The notes under the pieces: model-generated
Databases searched by the model: none
What the model saw: only the letters and a program-made list of their open reading frames with translations
Told to the model about the DNA's origin: nothing
Translations under genes and position numbers: made by a program
Shown here: piece by piece, positions 7,461 through 14,956 of the stretch
How positions within the stretch are numbered: the stretch's first letter is position 1
Layout: every line of letters begins with the position of its first letter
DNA from: Saccharolobus solfataricus
GTDB lineage: Archaea > Thermoproteota > Thermoprotei_A > Sulfolobales > Sulfolobaceae
Assembly (NCBI RefSeq): GCF_900079115.1
Contig: NZ_LT549890.1
Span: 600,001 to 632,000 of the forward strand
DNA length: 32,000 bases
Direction: 5' to 3'

Positions 7461-8393
7461 ATGAGTCACACTAACGCTAACTCTAACGGCAACTCTGACT
7501 CACAAACTACTACTAAAAAACTGTTTAATAATAGTGCTGTCAGACAGCTAGCTGTCAGACAGCCGGCCTATAAAACAAACTCTAATACTACCCCTTTGAG
7601 TCAGAAGGAAGGCTTAGATACGCAAAATTTGACTCATTCAATTAGTCTGTCAGACAGAGAGAAACTTTTGGAATTGCTAAAACAAGATAGAACATTACTA
7701 GAACAAGTAGAGATTTTGAAGTTGTTAGAAAGGATTAGGGAAGAAGGGTTAGTCGGCAATGCTATGATATTCTTTAGGGTTTCGTATGCATTAAAAGAGC
7801 TTTATGACAGATACTATGCCCCTAAAAAGCCTACTCTTTCCCCAAAACTCCAGGCTATTAGAGAGGCCATATTCAGGATCATTTTAGATGACTTGATACT
7901 TAGCAGGAAAATAGACGCCGAAACCTTAAGGCAATTAGGATATGAAGTCCCAAACCTGGAAGAAGTCAAAAAGGCTGAGAGAGTAGTCTACATGCCTATT
8001 ATCCAAAAGGAAGAAACTGAAGAAAAGGAAGAGAAAGAAGAGCAAAATGAAGAGACCGAGTTTGAGCGTGAGCTTAACGAGTTTGAAAACTTCCTCATGA
8101 AGTTTATCTTCATAGAGAAGAACATGTTTAAGAATGGATATATCGTTACCAAACCGTTAGCTGATCAGATATTCGAATATCTAGATAAGCTAATTGAAAT
8201 GGCGAATGGAAATGTCAAAACAAAACTAGTTGAACTTAAGGAGTCACTGAGCAATAATGCTCTAAACGAGAAACATTTCAGTTACACATGTTCAGCTATA
8301 GATAGACTTCCAATAGCAATCATCCCTAAAGCTGTGCGATTGGACATAGAAGAGCTACTTCAGAAGATGGTTAAGAGAAAAAAATTGAGGTGA
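7461..8393 (+). CDS. Hypothetical 310-aa early protein with a low-complexity N-terminus and a Glu/Lys-rich central segment
   Basis: Long ORF in the early string. I recognise no catalytic motif. It contains three CTGTCAGACAG palindromes in the first 200 nt. Confidence 0.55.
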   Translation: MSHTNANSNGNSDSQTTTKKLFNNSAVRQLAVRQPAYKTNSNTTPLSQKEGLDTQNLTHSISLSDREKLLELLKQDRTLLEQVEILKLLERIREEGLVGNAMIFFRVSYALKELYDRYYAPKKPTLSPKLQAIREAIFRIILDDLILSRKIDAETLRQLGYEVPNLEEVKKAERVVYMPIIQKEETEEKEEKEEQNEETEFERELNEFENFLMKFIFIEKNMFKNGYIVTKPLADQIFEYLDKLIEMANGNVKTKLVELKESLSNNALNEKHFSYTCSAIDRLPIAIIPKAVRLDIEELLQKMVKRKKLR

Positions 8394-8399
8394 CCCGCC

Positions 8400-8555
8400 G
8401 TGGCCGATTTTAAATTGAAGTATTGGGGCAATCAGACTGAGGACTACATTTTACCTAATTTCTATTTAGGGCGGGAATACTTAGTTTTAGGGAAATTATT
8501 AATTAAGTTAGCTCAATGGAGGGTTAAAGGGCTAATAGATTTTGATGTATCGTAA
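8400..8555 (+). CDS. Possible 51-aa protein (GTG start; SSV1 E54 position)
   Basis: Hand translation gives VADFKLKYWGNQTEDYILPNFYLGREYLVLGKLLIKLAQWRVKGLIDFDVS. It fills an otherwise empty 190-nt gap. Confidence 0.3.
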   Translation: MADFKLKYWGNQTEDYILPNFYLGREYLVLGKLLIKLAQWRVKGLIDFDVS

Positions 8556-8584
8556 AGATAACAGGAGTCGGGACTTTAACGAAT

Positions 8585-9034
8585 GTGATAAATGAGCACT
8601 ATTACGAAGGATTGCAGGACAAATATGATCTAACACTTTATGTGAAAGCTAAGGATTCATACTATCCTTTAGTATGGATTGATATCACGGGTTCAAGTTG
8701 GACTGAGGAACAAAGTAAAGAGAGATATGGGGAAAGCGTTTACGCCATCCTCAGTGCTAAGGTTGAAGTGGCAATAAAGCATGATGTGATGGGAAGAGTT
8801 TGGTTTATTCATTATAACGATACTGAGGATAAGCTCAAATGCATAAGTGCTTTACAAATCTTGAATCTTGAGAGACAAGGAAAAATAAAGAAGGATAAGT
8901 TTGAGAGAGACGCCAAAAGCGAATATTATCTTATTCCCGTTTCAATGTGGAAGAACTTAGTAGAGCTTAGAGTGGCAATTAAGGGTTTCTATCAGAGCTT
9001 TAAGGAGTATCTTACTAGGGTGAGCGGGAAATGA
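8585..9034 (+). CDS. Hypothetical 149-aa protein. A nuclease-like D...S-x-K pattern is possible but weak
   Basis: ORF with a GTG start. VWIDITG ... AILSAKVE loosely resembles a PD-(D/E)xK core but lacks the acidic residue. No confident assignment. Confidence 0.45.
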   Translation: MINEHYYEGLQDKYDLTLYVKAKDSYYPLVWIDITGSSWTEEQSKERYGESVYAILSAKVEVAIKHDVMGRVWFIHYNDTEDKLKCISALQILNLERQGKIKKDKFERDAKSEYYLIPVSMWKNLVELRVAIKGFYQSFKEYLTRVSGK

Positions 9035-9038
9035 TTAG

Positions 9039-9392
9039 ATGGTCTTCCGCAGGTCCACCAAAGGTCCATCAAAGGACCTGGATCATCTCTGGTCCTGTGG
9101 TCCTCTGGTCCATCTCTGGACCTATAATGGACCACCAGTGGACCTATGGGTCCTGGACCATCAGTGGACCTCTATCTCTGGACCTATAATGGACCACCAG
9201 TGGACCTATGGGTCCTGGACCATCAGTGGACCTCTATCTCTGGACCTATAATGGACCACCAGTGGACCTATGGGTCCTGGACCATCAGTGGACCTCTATC
9301 TCTGGACCTATAATGGACCACCAGTGGACCTATGGGTCCTGGACCATCAGTGGACCTCTATCTCTGGACCTATAATGGACCACCAGTGGACC
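9039..9392. repeat. Tandem direct repeat: four identical 62-bp units (9113-9360), a 32-bp partial unit (9361-9392), and a degenerate GGTCC-rich left flank (9039-9112)
   Basis: Unit starts counted directly at 9113, 9175, 9237, 9299 and 9361. The unit is TCTCTGGACCTATAATGGACCACCAGTGGACCTATGGGTCCTGGACCATCAGTGGACCTCTA. Confidence 0.95.
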
Positions 9393-9509
9393 ACAAGTCC
9401 ATCATTCTTTTTTCGCACTATTGAGGAATTTTTGCCGTCTTCTTTCAATTTCTTTACTGATATTCTATTAGAATGAGTATTTAACCCCGCGTGAATTAAC
9501 ATTCTTAGA

Positions 9510-9738
9510 ATGCCTAACTTTTACGTGGGTTCTAAATTCTACGTAAAAGAGATTAAAGGTAAGTATTATGTTTACTCAATAGAGAACGGTGATGATGGTA
9601 AGCAAAGGCACACTTACATTGGTTCTTTAGAACAAATCGTAAATGAATACTATGATATGAAATGCGGCCGCCGGGATTTGAACCCGGGATCACCGGCTTG
9701 GGAGGCCGGCGTCCTAATCCAGCCTAGACTACGGCCGC
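9510..9738 (+). pseudogene. int: N-terminal fragment of an SSV-type tyrosine integrase (Int(N)), split by integration. The frame reads through the antisense of tRNA-Gly
   Basis: MPNFYVGSKFYVKEIKGKYYVYSIENGDDGKQRHTYIGSLEQIVNEYY parallels the SSV1 D335 N-terminus (YILRERKGRYYVYKLE...ERYVGPLADVVESY). The following GRRDLNPGSPAWEAG is encoded by the antisense tRNA T-arm, as in SSV1. No catalytic domain follows. TATTTAA at 9479-9485 is a likely leaderless promoter. Confidence 0.75.
9663..9738 (-). tRNA. tRNA-Gly (anticodon CCC), intact. This is the integration target of the provirus
   Basis: The reverse complement is GCGGCCGTAGTCTAGGCTGGATTAGGACGCCGGCCTCCCAAGCCGGTGATCCCGGGTTCAAATCCCGGCGGCCGCA. It has a 7-bp acceptor stem, anticodon stem CCGGC/GCCGG with loop CUCCCAA, and T-arm CCGGG-TTCAAAT-CCCGG. 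A TATA (CTTTATAAAC) lies about 25 nt upstream on the host side. Confidence 0.9.
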
Positions 9739-9905
9739 AGTTTCACTACAAATTGTTTATAAAGGTTTATTTTAAGCTTTCTGATTATCAGCTTTTCCAG
9801 CGATAATCATCAAATCATTGGACCCTCTCATCATCATAATCTAATTTACTCTTCACTTTAAAAAGGCGAGACTTTCTGTTGGGTTTACTATTTAAAGACA
9901 AAAAT

Positions 9906-11162
9906 TTAATCTCTTCTAATCGCATCGATTGCCGTAAGTCTCGCAGCTTTCCAAGCTGGGTAAATACCAGCTATTAAACTTACAGCAACTGCTACTACTA
10001 ATGCTATTAAAATGGCTTCTATTGAAATAACTGGTTTAAATGTGAAGGCCGATGAAGATGCGGCTGTTCCAAATCTGCCAAAACCACCACCTCCTCTAAA
10101 TCCACTTGAGCTAACAGTTGTTGAGGTACCAGATGCAGACTGTGATGTTATTGCTGATAAAAGATCAATAAATGACGTACCCACTAAACCTACCAATATA
10201 CCAACTATGCCCCCTATTAGCCCTATTATTCCAGATTCTGCTAAAAAAACTAATAGAATATCTCTAGTTGTCAGACCTACTGTTTTCATTATACCTATTT
10301 CTCTTATCCTCTGATAAACTCTACTTAACATTATTGCCATTATTCCTACAGCACCTACGAAAAGAGATATTGATGCAACTGATATTAATAGAAAACTAAA
10401 TCCAGATGTTATAGTAGATACTGTATTGATTAACTGTTGAACCGAGATAACACTTAACTGATTACCATATATTTCTTCAATAAGGTTTACCACGTTATTA
10501 ACATCATTAACTGATTGAGCATTTATTATCAATTCGCTATACGAAGTTCTGTTTAGAATTGCCATTGCCTCGTTCAAGGGTAAAAATATAGACGTTTCAG
10601 AATTAGATAGAGGATTAGCACCAGATGGAGATAGTACCCCTACAACTTCTAATGCTACACTATTACCCCTTGAAACTTGAACAGTAATTATATCCCCTGG
10701 TGAGAAGAAAATCCCTGGAGCTGGATTCGCTACTTCTGATCCAATTACAGTTTCTGGAGAAGTAACTGGAGGATAAACTGACCCGCTTTCCAGTAACACT
10801 TGGCCAAGAAGTGCTGACAAGTTATCTATTCCAATGATACTAACCCCTATTGGTTGCCCCTCAACATTCATTTCCCCGAAACCGCTAACTACTGGATAAA
10901 CTGCCTTAATCCCCGGCAAACTCGCTATAGTTGCTACGGTAGCTTGAGTTAAGCTAGCGCCACCCCTAGGTAAAACTAAAATTGTACTAGGTCCCAACGA
11001 CTCCACAACTGATAAGACTGATTGACTTACACCTTGTGTAAAAGCAACTAGTACAGTCACACTAGCTACTCCTATCATCACTGATATTATAGCTAAAATC
11101 GCTATCGCTTTCCTAGATACTAACCCCTTATATGCTAGCCATAAAATATCTAATGAATTCAC
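9906..11162 (-). CDS. MacB/FtsX-family ABC transporter permease with a large extracytoplasmic domain
   Basis: N-terminal TM, a periplasmic-type domain of about 230 aa, three C-terminal TMs, and the terminal motif IYPAWKAARLTAIDAIRRD typical of FtsX/MacB. GTG start 7 nt after the upstream stop. Confidence 0.85.
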   Translation of the reverse strand: MNSLDILWLAYKGLVSRKAIAILAIISVMIGVASVTVLVAFTQGVSQSVLSVVESLGPSTILVLPRGGASLTQATVATIASLPGIKAVYPVVSGFGEMNVEGQPIGVSIIGIDNLSALLGQVLLESGSVYPPVTSPETVIGSEVANPAPGIFFSPGDIITVQVSRGNSVALEVVGVLSPSGANPLSNSETSIFLPLNEAMAILNRTSYSELIINAQSVNDVNNVVNLIEEIYGNQLSVISVQQLINTVSTITSGFSFLLISVASISLFVGAVGIMAIMLSRVYQRIREIGIMKTVGLTTRDILLVFLAESGIIGLIGGIVGILVGLVGTSFIDLLSAITSQSASGTSTTVSSSGFRGGGGFGRFGTAASSSAFTFKPVISIEAILIALVVAVAVSLIAGIYPAWKAARLTAIDAIRRD

Positions 11163-11168
11163 TATTAA

Positions 11169-13724
11169 TCACCTTCTTTTTCTTAATAATACTATCACTA
11201 AGACTACAACTACGATTATTACAATTATTATACCTAATATGTCAATTAGAGATATGTGAGAATTATTACTACTTCTTGAGAACGAGATGAAGAAACTAGA
11301 AGAACTATTTGAGACTTGTAGTGTGATACTTGAATTTGAGTGTATAACTTGTCCAATGTCATTAGTATAAGTATACTCTATAGGAATAACATAAGAACCT
11401 GGCTTAGTGGAGTTAAGTATTCTAAATGCAAAGGTAAATGTTGATGAGGTATCCGAACCTAAATTACCTACATAATAAGTGTTTTGACCTATTACCACAA
11501 CGCCTCTAGGTGGAAATACCGTAACTGTGAGACCGTTAGCAGGACCAGTACCAAAATTATAGATGGTCGCTGTAACTGAAACTATGCCACCTCTTACTGC
11601 AACCGTAGGAACTGAGGAAACACCAGTTATTATAATGTTAACTGAACCTGCAGCTAGACTATTAATAACTTCTTGAGCTTGCTTTAATTGTCCAGCCTGA
11701 TAATACGATATACTAGCGCTTATACTAATTATTCCAGCGCTCTGAGTATATACTTTGACGGGAATATCTAATCTTTGCAAAGGTTGAAGCGAGGGTAGAG
11801 TTATTGTCGTTGTATTAATATAAAGTGTTCCTTGAGAGGCTAATGATATGGTAACGTTATACAATGGTTGATTTACTGTGTTTTGTATTATGATCGTTGC
11901 ATCCTCTACTTGACCAGTTAGTAATGTAGAAGAATTGAATTGAATTAAAATTGGTATAGTTGGTGAATTGATCTGTATAACGTAAACTGGAACTGTAATT
12001 TGCTCTTGTCTTTCTATATTACCTTGGTAATAAACAATCGATATTGAGATAGAATAACTCCCAGAGCCTTGTGCGTAAACAGTTATAGGTAATTCGTATT
12101 TAGAAGTAGGTTTGAGAGACGGTAAATTAAACGCTGTAGCATTAACGTAAACTGGTGACGAAAGGGTAATTGATAGATTGTAAAGGGTAGTATTTAACGA
12201 GTTTGTCAATACAAGATACGTAGTTGTAAACGAATTTGGTGAAATTATCCCTGGGTTTAAAGAGGCGATAATAGGGGTATTTGGTGAAATTAGAGGAGAA
12301 ACGTAAAGGCCTATCTGTTGTTGATACTGCGACTGTTGATAAACTGAATTTAAATACGATATTGAAATAGTGAACTGTACAGGAGCTCCTTGATAAGTAG
12401 ATGGAACATAAACTTCTAAAGGTATTTTAACCGATTGAGTTGGAGATAGTGATTGAATTTTAGGCAAGTTATTAAGGATGGATACTTGTTGAGAGGAAAC
12501 GGAAAGGGATAGATTGTATATACTTCCAGATCCTAGATTTAATATAACTAGAGTAATATTGTTAACTTCTCCTGGATATAATAAAGAGGTTTCAGGGTAA
12601 ACTTCTATATTCGGTTGACCCATAAGGAACATAGTAAATGACATATACTGTAATGTATTTACAACTACGCCGTTACCTTCTATAGTGCTCCAAATTATCT
12701 TTAAAGGAATTGTATATGCACCTAAAGATACATTACGAATATTAATAGTAAAAGATACCGTGAACTCCTCATAAGGTTGCAGTGGTCCCCCATTGATGTA
12801 AACAGAATTTCCACCAGTTATATTAGTAAAGCCATTTGGTAAAATAAGTTGAATTGAATAGCTACTTACTGAAATGGGACCGGTATAAATTAACTGAAGA
12901 GTTATTGGAACTCCTAATTGATATGAACCAGCAGGTAAGATAACGTAAGGAGTTATTAGCTTCCCTCCAACAGTCTGATTACTGTTAATTGTAATTGTCA
13001 CATTAAGCGAATGATATGTGCCATATACGAAGGCTGTAAGTGGTATTTTATATGTACCAATTGTCGCATTATTATAAATATTTGCTATTGCTTGAACATT
13101 AAGTGAGGAACCAGCGCTAATAATTGGTATATTTATCTCTTTAGTTATGAATTGTAATGGATATGTTGAGTTTAAGAACAAGGCTACGTTATTGGCAGTA
13201 ACAGTTCCAGTGTTGTATATTACTAAATTTATTGGAACGTACTGTTCACCTGGAAATACTGTACCGCTAGTTTGAGCTATTGCAGAAAGTTGTACATATC
13301 CAAGAATAGGAATTTGCACTGTAATTATCTGCGATTGCTCTGCTCCGTTTTCTAGATATGTTGCTTGCAGATAGAAATTATATACACCTAAAGGTATATT
13401 AGGTGTAATATTTCCAATGAATACAAGTGAATATTGTTGATTGGGAAACATTGAGGGAAGAATGTATGTTTGTGTAGACGGATAAACTATAAAAGGACCA
13501 CTTTCTATTGGAGAAATTTCCACATTTGTTATATTCCCATTTCCGTGATATACTAAATTTACTTGTAACTGTACTAATCTTTCCCCCGGAGTTACATAAG
13601 GTGTAGAAGAAAGCCATTGTGAAGATGCTGAAAAAGACGATTGTGTGGCAGAGGATGTTAATGGAATAAATAACAACGACACTAAAAATAGTGATATAGT
13701 AATAATGGAGAATATTTTACTCAT
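11169..13724 (-). CDS. 851-aa surface-anchored protein with about 7-8 tandem CARDB-like / COG1361-type beta-sandwich repeats
   Basis: Signal peptide MSKIFSIITISLFLVSLLFIPLTSSA. C-terminal TM plus basic tail (IIVIIVVVVLVIVLLRKRR). Recurring modules of about 100 aa, e.g. LYNLSITLSS...LPSLKPTSKYELPITVYAQGSGSYSISISIVYYQG and LYNVTISLAS...LPSLQPLQRLDIPVKVYTQSAGIISISASISYYQAG. Many N-x-S/T sequons. Confidence 0.75.
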   Translation of the reverse strand: MSKIFSIITISLFLVSLLFIPLTSSATQSSFSASSQWLSSTPYVTPGERLVQLQVNLVYHGNGNITNVEISPIESGPFIVYPSTQTYILPSMFPNQQYSLVFIGNITPNIPLGVYNFYLQATYLENGAEQSQIITVQIPILGYVQLSAIAQTSGTVFPGEQYVPINLVIYNTGTVTANNVALFLNSTYPLQFITKEINIPIISAGSSLNVQAIANIYNNATIGTYKIPLTAFVYGTYHSLNVTITINSNQTVGGKLITPYVILPAGSYQLGVPITLQLIYTGPISVSSYSIQLILPNGFTNITGGNSVYINGGPLQPYEEFTVSFTINIRNVSLGAYTIPLKIIWSTIEGNGVVVNTLQYMSFTMFLMGQPNIEVYPETSLLYPGEVNNITLVILNLGSGSIYNLSLSVSSQQVSILNNLPKIQSLSPTQSVKIPLEVYVPSTYQGAPVQFTISISYLNSVYQQSQYQQQIGLYVSPLISPNTPIIASLNPGIISPNSFTTTYLVLTNSLNTTLYNLSITLSSPVYVNATAFNLPSLKPTSKYELPITVYAQGSGSYSISISIVYYQGNIERQEQITVPVYVIQINSPTIPILIQFNSSTLLTGQVEDATIIIQNTVNQPLYNVTISLASQGTLYINTTTITLPSLQPLQRLDIPVKVYTQSAGIISISASISYYQAGQLKQAQEVINSLAAGSVNIIITGVSSVPTVAVRGGIVSVTATIYNFGTGPANGLTVTVFPPRGVVVIGQNTYYVGNLGSDTSSTFTFAFRILNSTKPGSYVIPIEYTYTNDIGQVIHSNSSITLQVSNSSSSFFISFSRSSNNSHISLIDILGIIIVIIVVVVLVIVLLRKRR

Positions 13725-14415
13725 TCTGTATCACCTCTTTTTCAACTAATCCATCTCTAATATATACGATCCTATCCGCATATCTCATCATATCTGGGTC
13801 GTGAGTAGCCATTATAATAGTTACCTTTTTTTCTTCATTCAACTTCTTCATTAACTCCACTATTGCCTCACCTGTTTTCGAATCTAGATTTGCAGTCGGT
13901 TCGTCTGCAAGCAATATCTTGGGATCATTGGCTAAGGCTCTAGCTATTGCAACTCTCTGTTGTTGACCTCCGGATAATTCATTAGGCTTTTTATTCTTAA
14001 GTTCTAACATACCGGGTATCATGGACAGAATCTCTTCTGCTTTCTCCCTCCTTTTCCATACGGGGATCCCTATAGCTGCTAAAGCTAATTCCACGTTCTC
14101 AAGAACTGTCAGATACGTAATTAAATTATATGACTGAAATACAAAACCTATATATCTTCTTCTAAAAATTGCTCTCTCATCTTCATCAAAATTCGTAACA
14201 TCTATTCCATCTATTATTATTTTACCAGCACTAGGTGAATCTAAAAGGCCTAGCAAATCTAAAAGTGTGGTTTTGCCAGATCCAGAAGGACCAGCAATAA
14301 CCAAGAATTCTCCTTTATTTACTTTCAAAGTTACTCCTCTTAATGCAACGTATTCAATATTTTTAGTTTTGTATACTTTCTTTAAATCCATAGCATCGAT
14401 TAAGATATCGGTCAT
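13717..14415 (-). CDS. ABC transporter ATP-binding protein (MacB/LolD-like, COG1136 type)
   Basis: Walker A GPSGSGKTT, Q-loop, signature LSGGQQQRVAIARAL, Walker B ILLADEPT, H-loop ATHD. The likely start is ATG at 14415 (MTDILIDAMDLKK); the track extends to a TTG at 14457. Its stop overlaps the downstream ATG by 8 nt. Confidence 0.9.
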   Translation of the reverse strand: MTDILIDAMDLKKVYKTKNIEYVALRGVTLKVNKGEFLVIAGPSGSGKTTLLDLLGLLDSPSAGKIIIDGIDVTNFDEDERAIFRRRYIGFVFQSYNLITYLTVLENVELALAAIGIPVWKRREKAEEILSMIPGMLELKNKKPNELSGGQQQRVAIARALANDPKILLADEPTANLDSKTGEAIVELMKKLNEEKKVTIIMATHDPDMMRYADRIVYIRDGLVEKEVIQNE

Positions 14416-14830
14416 ATAATCGACTCTATTGGCTCCCTCTAAAAAATCTTTTGGCAATAGATGCTAGTGTAGACTAGAGTTTTGTTAATTTAGTATAAAT
14501 CATTTAAAGTATCCGTTTATCTCCAATTTAACATATGATTTAGCTGTCATCAAGAAAGAAGATGTCACAATTTTTAATCTTTTTCAGAAACTTTGTTACG
14601 TAGTTGGGGCATTTGGTGAGACTGCTATTCGAGGAATTTAAACTAAGTTTCAAACTAATGAAATTGTTGTCAATACTTGCGGGCAATATAAAATACGCCA
14701 AAGAGGGAATAGTATTACGTTTACGAAATAGAAGGACGATAGGAGTAATGTAAAGGAACGTTACATACGTGCTTTAGACAATATAATTGAAACGCGCATT
14801 AATATTGAGGATGTGGGGGATACCCCACAG

Positions 14831-14904
14831 TGCCGCCGCGGGGACTTGAACCCCGGACAACCCGGTCTTCAGCCGGGCGCTCTCCCGGGCTGAGCTACGG
14901 CGGC
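14831..14904 (-). tRNA. tRNA-Phe (anticodon GAA)
   Basis: The reverse complement is GCCGCCGTAGCTCAGCCCGGGAGAGCGCCCGGCTGAAGACCGGGTTGTCCGGGGTTCAAGTCCCCGCGGCGGCA. It folds as a cloverleaf with anticodon loop CUGAAGA and T-loop TTCAAGT. Confidence 0.92.
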
Positions 14905-14956
14905 ATAATAATAATATAGATATGACTTTTTAACTTTTATTGTCATTACTTCTAAC

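Larger units (their letters stand above)
1..9738. mobile_element. Right-hand portion of an integrated fusellovirus (SSV-like provirus). The right junction (att) lies inside tRNA-Gly(CCC) and the left end is outside the window
   Basis: Gene order and sizes on the minus strand mirror SSV1 a100-a132-c80-a79-a45-c102b-b129-a291-c124-c792. There is a divergent early/late control region. The plus-strand block ends in an SSV-type integrase N-fragment fused in frame to the antisense of a tRNA. Confidence 0.8.

Noticed and set aside
5343-7469. Provirus ORFs 5343-5612 (+), 6620-6814 (-) and 7272-7469 (-).
   Set aside because: Each lies antisense to or overlaps better-supported genes that have recognisable folds. 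6620-6814 is low-complexity (INLSI repeats) generated by the operator-like DNA repeats.
9039-9476. Track ORFs 9039-9251 and 9270-9476, which encode repetitive WTSISGPIMDHQWT peptides. I also considered that the repeats could be a CRISPR array.
   Set aside because: The 62-bp period is not divisible by 3, so the frame rotates in every unit and the ORFs are by-products of stop-poor repeat DNA. The units are directly abutting with no unique spacers, so this is not a CRISPR array.
9510-9806. The 98-aa ORF taken at face value as an intact small protein.
   Set aside because: Its C-terminal third is an antisense translation of tRNA-Gly and host intergenic DNA. It is better explained as the Int(N) half of a split SSV-type integrase.
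10012-13617. ORFs 10012-10314 (+) and 13399-13617 (-) inside the ABC operon.
   Set aside because: One is antisense and one is out of frame, both inside the permease and the CARDB-repeat gene. The composition (Pro-rich mirror of a Gly-rich loop) shows they are shadow ORFs.
14458-14812. A spacer of about 355 bp with no track ORF between the ABC ATPase gene and tRNA-Phe. I scanned it for sRNA boxes; a TGATGA occurs on the minus strand near 14545-14555.
   Set aside because: No matching D box (CUGA) lies at the right distance, and I could see no convincing stem-loops or conserved promoter/terminator pair. It probably holds the ABC-operon promoter and tRNA 3' flank, possibly with decayed sequence. 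I cannot support a feature call.
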